A stretch of 64,000 nt of DNA, taken from contig JAYWIR010000045.1 of the NCBI GenBank assembly GCA_036172245.1, positions 620,001 through 684,000 on the forward strand, in the 5' to 3' direction. The notes beneath the pieces are model-generated. The model saw nothing but the letters and a program-made list of their open reading frames with translations, ran no database searches and was not told the origin of the DNA. The stretch is from Raillietiella orientalis. Its lineage: Eukaryota. The position numbers and the translations under genes were made by a program. This document shows, in pieces, positions 36,639 through 48,849 of the stretch (position 1 is the stretch's first letter; every line of letters starts with the position of its first letter).

Positions 36639-39600
36639 TCATGAATCCCCAAAGATACCATTTCCATAATCTTTTTTTTGCCCAAGATTGGAAATGAGAA
36701 GTTCCAGGTAAGAGAACGCATCACGCTGAATAACGCTTCCCTGGAATGAAGCACCAGACGACCTCATGAATTCGGCAAATGACCTGATTGTGAGACACCG
36801 CAAACAACCCTACAACATCTCGCCTGGAAAACAAACAAAGATGCGACTGTATTTATTCTACGCGTTCAAAGCAAACGAGCACGGTCGCACACATGGAGAA
36901 GAGATACACGTCTATGAAAACATACGTTATACACACAAGGAGCAAAAAAATACCTTTCTCAGCTCCGACATCGACTTTTTCGGCGCCGATGAAATCTCGT
37001 TCTCAGGGTGAAAATCAAAATCAAAATTAGCTCTCGTTTTTCCGATGGAACAAAAGATGATGTATAAGGCGAGTGAGGTCCCCAAGTCCAGTGCCTGAAT
37101 CAATGCACTTGCGTAGGTTTACCTTTCGTAGTTCAGTGCCGGGAAAAAACACGAAAAAAAAAAAAAAAACGTTTTTCTAGTCTTTCTGTTTGTTTTCAAT
37201 GACACTGTGAAGTCAGTGTCACTCGCTGCGGAGTGTCAACGTTTCATAAATCCTGATACACCATAAGACTAGCTGCAATCCTAAAAATATCTCTTGAACA
37301 TTACTCTAGCTATAACATTCATCATCAACGGTGCAGTGCTGACTCCCTTAAAGACCTCAGATAACACTGCAAGTGAAGTAAGCAGTTCGCTCCCATGTGA
37401 CCAAATGACCCCTTAAGAACCCTCCCTCTCCCTTTGAGAGGAATTCAAACGTCACCGATGTTCACTTTCACCTAGACGGCCTTACTAATAATACTTAGCT
37501 CCCGAATCTGTCCACAAAATTCCGAGAACCAAAGGCGGAAATGTGAACACTGTTCGCGACTCATCGATATGCAAATTGCACATCTATTTAACGTCAGGCC
37601 AGAGTTTCCAATATTTCCAATGTAAACACACAAAGAGCGATCGGAAGTGCGGGGAAAGAAAAGCAACTCGGCTCTCACTAAACGCAAACTTGGAACACTG
37701 CGGGGGGAGGGGGGCTATTTCGTGTTTTGCTTGGAAACAAAGTGTCAGTGATGAGAGCCTGAAAACGCAATGATTGAACAATCGGAAGACGTTGTGTCCT
37801 TTGGTAGAAGGTGTGAATTATTTCACCTGAGGTTCCTTGTTTTCTGTTTCGAATTCGGCACTCGTTGAAAGACAAAATTCGCTGTCGGATTGCATGCCCT
37901 GTAAACGAGCAAACCACGTAGAAGAGTAACTTTCAACTTATGATTTGCTCAGTGAAAAACATGTGTAAAACGCTGGATCATTTTCCCAGGTTTTGGAAGC
38001 AATACCTAGTGTCCGATCCCATCAGGAAAATACCAGAACATTGCCATTTACAAACAGTTACGCCGCCCTTGCAGATCTTGCATCCTTCTAATTATAAACG
38101 ATAAGTATCATAACAAGTATTATTTAGGAAAGCAACTTTCGAGAAAGTCTTTGGAAACAGAATGCTAAGTCGTGTGCCGACATTTACGTTGGAGCGCGCT
38201 ACCAGCGTGCTAATTAAGACGTAATCAATTACTAATCCTGCTATTCGACAAAACTCAACTTTACTTGCTGTGCACGCTTTCCATGTGAGGCACGCTTGAC
38301 ACTCGTGCTCGGCAACCGCTTAGGTCCTCTAGAAGTGACTCAATTGCTCAGTGGTTAACGCAAAGCTCATGAGCAAGCGGTTAAAAGGAGCAAACATCAT
38401 ACATGAATCCTTCATCTTCCTTCACGTGACTCAAGCCAACCTCCCATTTCTAAAACTTCAACAGTTTAATGACATGAACACATTTTGATCGAGAATAGAA
38501 TATTTTTTCTTGCGCGCAATATCCTTGGCATCATTGCAGCCAAAGGCATCATTGCAGCCAATGACTGCAATGATGCCATGTTTCGGGGAATTCTACGGCA
38601 GATGAAGTATCGAAATTCTCCCAGAAGTAAAGAGTATTTGGTATTTCAGTAAAGCGCAGAGAACTTTAATTTTTCCTGGTCGTGAAACTGCTGCAATCAG
38701 CGAAAACAGCTGGAGCATCCGGAAATCGTGAAATTCAGAAAGGTGGAGAGCACGAACTAACACGGATTCTGTTTAATTTTTACGCACGAGTATACACGAA
38801 TGTACACACTTACCAGTGTGTACGTTAAGGCGCACAAACGCAAAGTATTCACTGCTGAATTGCAATACCTGTAATCTACGGGGAAAAAAAAATGAAAAAA
38901 AAAAAAAAATTATATATATATATACATGAAAGGGAAAGTGGATCGGAAGACTTCGTTCATGGAAAAAGATTTTCCGAGAATGGATGTTCTGGCTCAGGAT
39001 TACACAAATGCAAAATCAACGCTGGCGCTTTCGTTTTTGCGACCGGGCTGCATTCGTGTACACTTCCTAACAAATGCTGGAAAATCCTCCAGGAAAACTG
39101 ATAGCATCAGACAACGATGCCAATTTCCGTAGAAGACCTACAAGAGTGCCTCTTAGCAGCCACGCACACTTCAAGGGAGACACAATAATTCAAATTTCAA
39201 CATCCCTTTTCACTTCCGTATGTGAAAATTACAAAGATGCTGTACTCACTTTCATCGCAGTCCAAAAAACAAAACAAACAAAACAAAACAAAAAAAAAAA
39301 AAACGATAAGATCTACGGATGCTAACTCTGCCTGTCGATCTTTCCTAGAACCTTACAAAAGATCCTTCATCATATTCAGCAATCACTTCTTACACGTAGG
39401 GATTACCCTTTTCGAAACCTAAGAGATGTTCTCCTCAATCACAACAAACTACACATTCAACCAGGGAAACATGCTGCTCCCGTTTTTGATAAGAGACAGT
39501 GAATCATGCGCAAAATAGTTTTTAAAATTTACAGTATTGCAGTCATGGCAGCATCGGAAAAGGAAATGCGCATCGCGGAAATCAACATGATGAAATCAAA

Positions 39601-40608
39601 AAAATGATGCGGATGGGAAAATCGGAACAGTTGCAGAGGAAAGCTCAGCAGGCAAAGAAGGAATGGGATATAAAAAGGTATCTGAACGCAGGACACGAGA
39701 CTGAGCAACCGAAATCGCTGAGGAAATTCACCCAGGCCCCATTTCAGGAGGAATCCCTACGAAATGCAAGAACCGAAAGTGGAGCACAGGAGGGAATGAA
39801 AAAGGAATTCGAGAAAGAACGCGCTGCACAAAACGTCGTGCTATGTGTGCTGCACGCTGACCGTTACCGGGAAAACAAAAGCAAAAGCGGCCCACGGGAA
39901 CCCTGCAAGAGACAGATTTATCAGGTTCGTTCAGCCTCACTTATTTTTCGTTTCGATAAATAAAAAAAAGGCTGTGCAACTACTTTCTGTTTCCAAGTTC
40001 CAAGAATTTACCAGGAGCACAATACACGGAGGACATTAGGCGAAAATCCATACGGGGAGAGGAAACGGGATGAGGATAACTGTCGGGGGAAACTGGTGAA
40101 TTCAAGGGATTCACCCGAAAACTATCACGGTTATACAACCGTGCCATCAAGAGGATGACAAATTTTTTTTCGTCCCAGGGCGGCAACCTTGAAGCAAAAC
40201 GAGAGGAGGCGGTTTACACGAACTTCAGCGGGCGAAACGTCCACACGAGAACAAAGCTGGAAACGTCCCACTGGACAAAAAATCCAAGGCGAAACGCAGC
40301 GTGACGGCCAACGAAAGCAAAAACGGAAACGGAAATAAGGTGCACGGGAACGGGAAAACTTCGCACGTTGCAGCAAAGTAAAACCACCTGGACACCGGAG
40401 CAAAAACCGTAGACTTAGACGGGGTACCACTATTCCTCTGCTACTGCTCCCTTTATCACGTTCATCCGTGCTTGGTGTACTGCTGTTAGCTTCAGCGGAA
40501 ATTTCACAGAGGGTTCTATCGTTTCTCACTACCCACACTTGTGGATCTTCTCGGACCGATGTTGACCTCATATTCGTTTATTTCGACACAGCTGGTTGTT
40601 CCAATACG

Positions 40609-40611
<3 letters not shown>

Positions 40612-40641
<30 letters not shown>
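40612..40641 (+). repeat. (TG)n microsatellite
   Basis: Directly visible. Confidence 0.95.
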
Positions 40642-40643
<2 letters not shown>

Positions 40644-43600
40644 GGAAACATACAAGGACAGTTCTCACAGAACTGAAATGATGATCCGGAAAAGTTTGGA
40701 TGCAGAAAGCAGCAACCAAACTTTGATACGGACGGCCTTTCAGAGTGCAAAAAGGGGAAGTTTTATGAAATCGTAAAACGAAGAAATTTCCATTTCCCAT
40801 CTAATGGGGACGGTCATCGGTAAAACATGCAGTCAGACCAAGCAGCATGGAGCACGTATGAAAAGTTAGGTGAGAAGAGCAGAGGCCTCGAAAAAGAGAT
40901 CACCGACCGATTCATGGAGGCCGAGCAACGATCAGCTGTTGTAGGTAATGAGCCACTGTCTTTCAATCATGGTTTCCACTACAGATGTACCAAGCACGAT
41001 GATGCAATATGCATCTTTGTACAGAAGAAAATTTCCAGAATGGAAAGCAAAAACAAACAGACCAACAACGTAAAATGCAAAAAACAAAAACAAAATGCTT
41101 TATAATGAAAGCAAGCGAATGACAAAACTTTGGGGTGCCTGAGACTGAACATCATTATTTTACATCGCAGGTTCCAAGAATCCCTATTTGGCTTCAGCAA
41201 GGCAGGATCGCTGTCCCGTCTGAAATAAAGCCAAAATACAGCAGTATTAGCTGCTATCTGATTAGGGAACCAGCAAGATAACCATAAAAATTGCTTTCTC
41301 AGGCTGAAGAAAGCAACGGAAAGCCAACCAAAAATCACCCATGAGGCTTCGATGTACTTCGGAAAGAGGTGGGCAGCAAAAAGGATAAAGCGTGGCAGAT
41401 GGCGGCCTCAAATTTCCGACAAAGGGAAACTGCAAGATGGATGAAGTGATCTTTAACCTCAATTACTGATGGTTTCGCCATCAAGTACTTCGTGGCTCCA
41501 ACTGCTCGCAAGGCACCAAATACTCTGCGACAGGACTGATTTCCAAGCCCTGCACGAGTCGACATCTTGCAAGTGAACAAAAAGAATAACAAACTGTGGC
41601 CAAAACCATCTCTTATGGCAAGAAAACGCACCAACGCACTGGCGGTTTATAGTCATCAAATGATTCTTGAACCGTTTTCGCGATTCATTCTGTCAACGTA
41701 AAGGCAATTCGGATGCCAAAGAATGCCAATGTTTCACACATGCAGAATTCGGAAAATTGAAGAGTTTTTGGTTTTTCGTTAGGGTGTAAATTCACACTGA
41801 CACATGATCATAAGTAAGGGATCAACAAGGTTGGTTTCCAACGAAAGTATCGATACATTATTTACATTAATGAACAACACATCATAAAAATCCACGTTAC
41901 ATATCACCAACTATCCGCGAGGACAGGCACCAATCCAAAGGAATAGTAGGTCCGAGCAAGCAGACATGAAATTTACGTACAACCACTGCCCTGAAGACAG
42001 ACATAATGCCAGCCAAACTCCCAAATCTATCTTCGAACATCGTCGTGTTGAGGTAAAGGACTGCTCGAGAAGTTTTACGTATGCTGAGACTTGATGAACT
42101 TGATAAAAAAAAAAAACATAACGGAACGAAGCGGTGCACACAAAACCCTGGTCTGACAAGATGACTTCAACCTACTGCATGGGAACACATAACAAACACT
42201 GAGGTAAATCGACTGTCCATGCGCCAAGGAAAAAGGAGACACTCCAGTTCAGCTTTTACACAATTGGCATACATTCTGTGGGAAATTTCGTCTTTCATTC
42301 AAACGTGCAAGTGGCAAAAAATTAACGAACGCTGGACGGTAAGCCAATAACGTGCACGCAGGCATTCTTTTCCAAAACACTCAAAATGCTTGCATGGGCA
42401 ATTGAGGAAAAGCAGAACGAAACAAAAAGATCGGACGGAGATCCTTTCGGACACACGTCAGGCTTTCAGAATGGTACTTTAAAACTATTTCGCACTTTCG
42501 TACAGGATGCGCTTCATGGTGCCTCATTTTACCATGGCCATTTTTTTATCTGTCTGTCAGGCCATGCCCCGTCTCGAATAAGGAAAGAATATCAGGAAGG
42601 TATGCAACTATCGGATAAGAAACTGAATTTGTAATTTAAAAGTGCTTCAGGTACATTACGAGAGGCAGAAGATCTTTGGAATACGCCAAAACACCAACCC
42701 TGATGCTCTGATGAGGGAATCTTTCATCACCGAGTTCGGCTGTGTTGATACATTTACGAAATCACTTTGGAACAAACTTTGCGGATGCGGAAGAATCAGT
42801 CCACGAGAACAGAGACAGCCGAAATGTATGAACACATACATAAATCGATAACTCATAACTTCCTTATGTGGGTCCTTGAAAACTTTGCCTTTAAGTCTTT
42901 TAACAATCTACAAAAGACAGGAATCGTGATGAATTTTGAATCAGGATGTCCCTTCCCCCCCCCCCCCACGCCGCCCTCGAAGATCCTTCATCGAAAAATT
43001 TTCAGGCCAAACAACTCAGACGCTCAGAAAATCAATGCCTCGATTCCAGAGTTTTGAGCTTTACTGTCCAGAATGATTTTCAGCTGAATGAGAGAATTTC
43101 CTGATGATCACCAGCACGCCGACATGTAAAAAGCATGTGGGAATTGTACAACTGCGGTACCCCAGAATACGTGCTGTCTCGCAAATGGTGCACCCTTGGA
43201 AGAGTACTCCCAATTAAGCATGAATTAACATATTCGACCATCTGTCGTGTCTAAATCAACTGTGTGGCCATAAAACGATGCAATTCCGCTTGATACGAAA
43301 TATAACTTTTAGAGAGAGCCTTTAGCACACTTTGAACCGAACAAAAGTTTGCTTTCAAAGCACGCTGTTCTCCTGATTTGCTACCCGTTAATGAAGTAAT
43401 AGGTAGCGGAACCTGCTCCGATGTCGAATAATTAATATTATTGCCTGAATTGCACCCAACCTAGTAAGTTTCGTGCCAGGGTTAACTAAGGCCATTTGTG
43501 ATGACCCGTGGAAACCGTCTTCGACATAACGTGGAAGGCGGCAGGAATCGAGGCAGAGTTCCTCAGGAATCGGCGGTTTGGGGGGGACACCGGCCACGAC

Positions 43601-46599
43601 CACGTTCGGATTCCGGGAAAGGAGAACCGGCATGGAATGTTTTCGATAATGACTTACTATAATGAGTCAATGGATGCAGTACGACTTTGGAATTCCACAC
43701 AAGCAACAAACATCCCTTTCGGAAACATGCGAATGGCAGAAACTGGAATGTACCATGAACATGTTATGTGGTAAACCCATTTTCAGTTCATTTAATTTAA
43801 TTTACTTATGGAAGTTATAAAAGGATTAATAATAGCAATGAAACATCAGACGAGCAAAAAATGTCTTTCAAGCAACACAGTTATGTTAGATCATTCAAAT
43901 TAAAATTCTACTAATGAGTAATTTCAAGGTTGAATAAAACGAAATTCAAATACATAACTAAACTGTCAACCACACTAGCACATACAAAAAAAAAGGGAAA
44001 GGGCAGTTTTCAAACAAGCATACATGTGGATACACCAGAAATTAAAAGTACTTCATTACTAAGGGAATTAACAAGTCTTGCAAAAACTGGTTAAACTTCA
44101 CTATTCATGATACATAAATCAGTAAATTCATTGTATTTCCTATTTACTCAGTGTCAGTCATACTTAACATTCTATAACACATACTTAACATTTACAATTG
44201 TTTATGTCAAAGATGTCTTTGAGCTTTAAGAAAACTTTAATCGCCTTTAAATGGCGATTCAATCCCTTATGCAGGCATAATGTTGTTTTTGTTTCACTGG
44301 AGGAGACTGAACAATTGGGAAAGGAACTAAAGCATTATTCATTCAAATACATTAAGCAAGTAGATGTTCGATATATTTGGAATCACAAGAAACACTATTC
44401 GAAAGTAATTCAAGATGAAATCTTAAAACACATTGCTTACCTAAGAATTATTCATATTTTTCTGAAAATACTGCTATGTCAGATTGCTTATTTAAAAAAA
44501 ATCATCACATGGTTACAAATAGCAATTTACTTTGGTTTCAAATCGCCATTTATCACAAAGACCTTGAAAGATTATGCTGCTATACCATGATGAGTGTAAC
44601 ATTTTTGTAGATTCAATTGATCCAATGAACACTTACATCTGAATTCGTTTAGATATAAAAAGTATAAATAACTGAGTTGTTAAAATGACAGCTACATGTG
44701 CATCCCATCTTTTCTGTTTCAGAAACCTTTAATAAAATACGCATTTTTGTATCCACTACACACTGAAATAAAATTACTGACAAGCTTCAGTTACTTCTAC
44801 CCACATCACAGCACAACCCGCAGCATAAACACGCCAACGTTGCCAAGCGCTCTGTATTCATTTGTAGATTTCCAACATGCTGAAAAGAAAATTATTCGAC
44901 TTCTATGGAAGCCTTTTCCTTTTTATTTACTGAAATGCGAAAGAAAAAAATAAAAGTACCAGAATGATCAGTATTTGTTTATAATTGTGATTGTTTCTTC
45001 ATCTTACGCTATTACCCGATACCTTGCTGTCTTATTGGAATGGTTGAGAAATCTTGCTATCATTGAGAAATGAATTTGGGCTAAACAACCCTTAGAATTC
45101 ATAAAGGATTCAACCCCTTTGCATATTAGAATTTATCCTGAGACAGTACTTCTTACTGTTTACTAATCAATGCACAAGTGCCACAAAAATTAACCAAATT
45201 CATAAAGAGGCAGCAAGTCACCTTGAACACCACTTTGTAAAGTGTTTTCATTCAGATAGAAATAACGGGATATTGATAGTTATGGTTCGCCATTTCAACT
45301 CCTTTTATCATCAGACAAATCTTGAACAAATTATTTTCATGTTACCCCTTTTCTTCTTACAGCTTTGTTTTTTTCTTTAAAGTAAACGAAAATTCCATAT
45401 ATTTTCAATGCCCATTTGCATTCTGTTCTCATCAGCTGCATTATGCCTTTAAATGATATTTACATGTACTGGAATCATTAATGTTAGTGTATTAAGTATT
45501 ATCGTTGAGTAAATATAATTCCATATTTATACAAATTCATAAAAACAAAATTGTAATGTTATTTAATCATCGTTTCGGTTTTGAATTTGATTAATATTTA
45601 TTTTTCATGCCTGACTTTTGATTCCTTTCTTTTTTTTCCAGAATGATACAAATCATCTTTAGACCCAGGATATGTTATAATAAATTCAAGGAAAACTTAT
45701 GAGTATTGGATGATTTTGATTCGTACTCCTAACTGTGCTGAAGTACTGTCATTATGCGTTTGAGTTGTGGTTTTCAGAATGTTTCAGCAAAATTATCCTG
45801 CTTGGATTCTAAGAAGCCTACTGATCAATGTCGAAAAAGGTGTATACCGAAATGAGTGCAATAGAGAATGACAGTTTTTTGGGGAAAGGGCACCTGTCCC
45901 ATGCTTGTCACTAGAGGAATCTGCATTGAAGCATTTCCGCTGTTTTCCATACTGAAAATGCAGGTTCTCATATCTCCACAGAAACTTCACTTTAAACTTA
46001 AGTTTTGCACTCTACAATCTCGCTATTGCTCGTCTTATTCAAGAAGAATTATTCCATCACCACTGTGTGTGCTTCACTGTTTATTTCCGTGGTAACACCT
46101 TGTCGCAATCTATATGATTGTTAATGGGATGACTGCACTTAATTTGATAGGTTTTGAAAAACGAATCTTTCTTGGCGAGCCCATGCATTCAAAATTGTGG
46201 TAGCAAGCAGCATGCATGCATGGCAAATCTGTGGACTTGTGTTTAGGACCAATGAGTGCTTTGCTTTCTTTTCCAAGTTCTTCGGCGATACTTTCTTCCA
46301 TACCGATGATAGTCAGAGAAACTTCTTGCACGGCTTCTAGGACGAGGTTTCTCACAACGATTTTTCTACCGTATCTTTCGCGTTTCCGTTTTCGTTATTC
46401 TTGCTCTTGTTCTTGCTGGAGGGAGAGAGGAATCAGAGTAGCGGGAATTTGCCTCCGGCTCAATTTTCGCGCTCACGTCGGGCCACACAGCCACACCTCA
46501 GCCTCTGCTTTCCGGTTCAACCGCTCCAGTTCTATTTGTCAAGAATTCCCCTGCTTCTCTAAAAATGCCCAGCCCCCATAACGAGGTCCCCTATCTCCT

Positions 46600-48250
46600 C
46601 GCCTCTTTTTCCGCAGCTCCCCTTCCGAGGAATGATTATCAGTGGGTCAAGCAGGTCTGATGGTCAGGAGAGCTGCAGAATCGATGCAGGCAATGGAAGA
46701 GGCTGCAGTTTTCCCTCCAGTGTCGAATTTCCGAGCAGGAACACCTTCTCGGACTTCCCTCCGTGCTTTCGTATGCCAGCAAAGCGAAGTTCTGGAAGAT
46801 GACAGCCTCTCCCTCCGCGAGCCCTTCGTATCACTCTTTCCTCCGGGTGCAGGGTCATCTCCTTCATCCTGGGTCCCGGACGCCTCTGCTGGAGGAACAG
46901 CATGCATTCCCGCTCCTCCCCTCCCTTTCCTCCTTTTCCGTGCTCTGGAGATCCGTGAGAAGTACTGCAGGACCGAAGATCCTCATCTTCCCGTTTTCCC
47001 AGAACTTCTCCACCCACAGATCTCGAGGAGATCTTTGCGGTTTTTTTTTTCCCGTCCTCCCTCCCCCTTCCCACAATCCCTGGGGAATCCTCCGGGAACG
47101 CCGCGTCCATCGGACGAAGGGGGGACTGCCTCGCGAACGAAAGTTATCGCTGTGGCTTTTCCTCTGCCAGTCCCTGGGGTGCATCCTGGGCATCACCGCT
47201 CCGGAAGAAGGGAGCGAAGATGTGCGGAAGAGTACAGGGATCCTCCAAGACGGGAGATGAGCTCGGTGGGAAGGGTCGTGGTGCGCCCCTCGAGGAACGT
47301 CGATGTCTGAGTCCTGGGAGTCTGAGTTCTGCATCTTCTGGAGGGATAACGGACTTTCAGGGAAACTCACTTCTCCCGACTCTGGCTGGCACTATGGATG
47401 GTCCTCGCTTTTATCGTAGTTAGATGAGGAGATGTCCCGGAGCGGATCGCGGGGACAGGGCATGAAAGTTCTCCATGAGGGAAATTGCTGAGCAGTCCAG
47501 GAACCAAGGAACGGGCTCCTTTTCTGGAACAGGGGGGGTTTGAAAGGAGGAGCGGCGAAGCAACACCTGCCGTCGAACTCCTAAGTGAGGAGAAAATCCA
47601 GCGGAGTTCTCTAAAGCCGCCAATGCGAGGACGAGGGACAGTTTAGTTGCCACCTCCAGAGGATGGGTAGCGAGGGAACGCGCTTGCCTTGGAGTAGGCT
47701 TGAAAGAGCGGTCCAGAGGAAGTCGCAGGGGAGGTTCGGCTTTGTATGGGACGTTGCATTGGCTCTCCCTCGTGCCGCATTCCTCATGCTCCTCTTCCTC
47801 TTTCTGGGAAGAGGAAGTGCTTTAGCTTTCCTTCTCCTCCCTCCTAATTCGGACAGTATCTGTATGTCCGGAAGTCGCTCCAGGAGAGGTGTCCTCTGAT
47901 TCCCGGAAACTCTTCTTCCACCGGGACTTTTGGCGGCAGTCCCTGCCCTCCTTCGGCCCGACGCCTACTTCTCCCTCTTTCCTTATCCTTTATCAGAAAT
48001 CGGGAAAAAGGAGAGTAAAGAAAGAGCATCCTGCTTTTCTGCACCTCTCTGGATGCTCTTCTTCCATAGGATCACCCGTCACGTCATCGTCATGGGTGGT
48101 ACTTCCAGGAAACTTCCCTTCCCTCCCTCTCCTCCTGTCGCCACCGCACCTGCTTTCCCCTGCTCTCCCCTCCACCGTGTTGTCATTTTTTTCCTCCTCC
48201 TCCTCCCACTCCTATCCTGCCCTCCCCCCCCCCCCATTCTCCTGCCATTC
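46600..48250 (-). mobile_element. Degenerate GC-rich retroelement relic, possibly DIRS-like recombinase region
   Basis: TKLSLVLALAALENS resembles the KxxFLLALAS stretch before box I of DIRS recombinases. No intact ORF. Confidence 0.3.
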
Positions 48251-48849
48251 TAGGAAGTGATTAATATTGCGCACGCGATCCAGCGTCCTCTAATGAATTC
48301 TCCCCCGAGTCGTTTCGGCAATTTCCGTAATGCCCGTTTGCAGGCGGGCAAGCGGTCCTCCCGCGATTCGTCACGCAGACCCAATTAATACGTCAGGCAT
48401 CTCGTGCAGCCGTAGATTGCCCTCTCTGCGTCCCGGCCTCTGTCGGAGTCCCCCCTACCGTCTTCCTTCGATCGCCGTGGCGGCGGCAGAGGTGGTGGTG
48501 GCGACCCCGGCTAGCCGGCCCTCAGCGAGAGGGACGAAGCGAAAGAGGGAGGGAGAAAAATCGACTTTCCTCCATCTCCCTGCGTTGCCCTCACCGGAAA
48601 CGGGAAGCTTGGGAGGCGGGGGCGGAGATCCAGCATCCGGACGACCAACGCGAGGAGCACCGGTCTCACTCCGAGGTCGCCAGAGACAGCCGGTTCGTGT
48701 GGGTGGCTACCGGCACGGTTCGCTTCCGTTTCGCCTTCTTCCCTCCCAGATCCACGAAAAGTCAGACTGAGAAGAGGCTGAGAGTGGTATCCGGAAACTA
48801 CCAGGATCGACTGGGGTGAGACGAGGAACCAAGTAGGTTGCTTTCTCTC

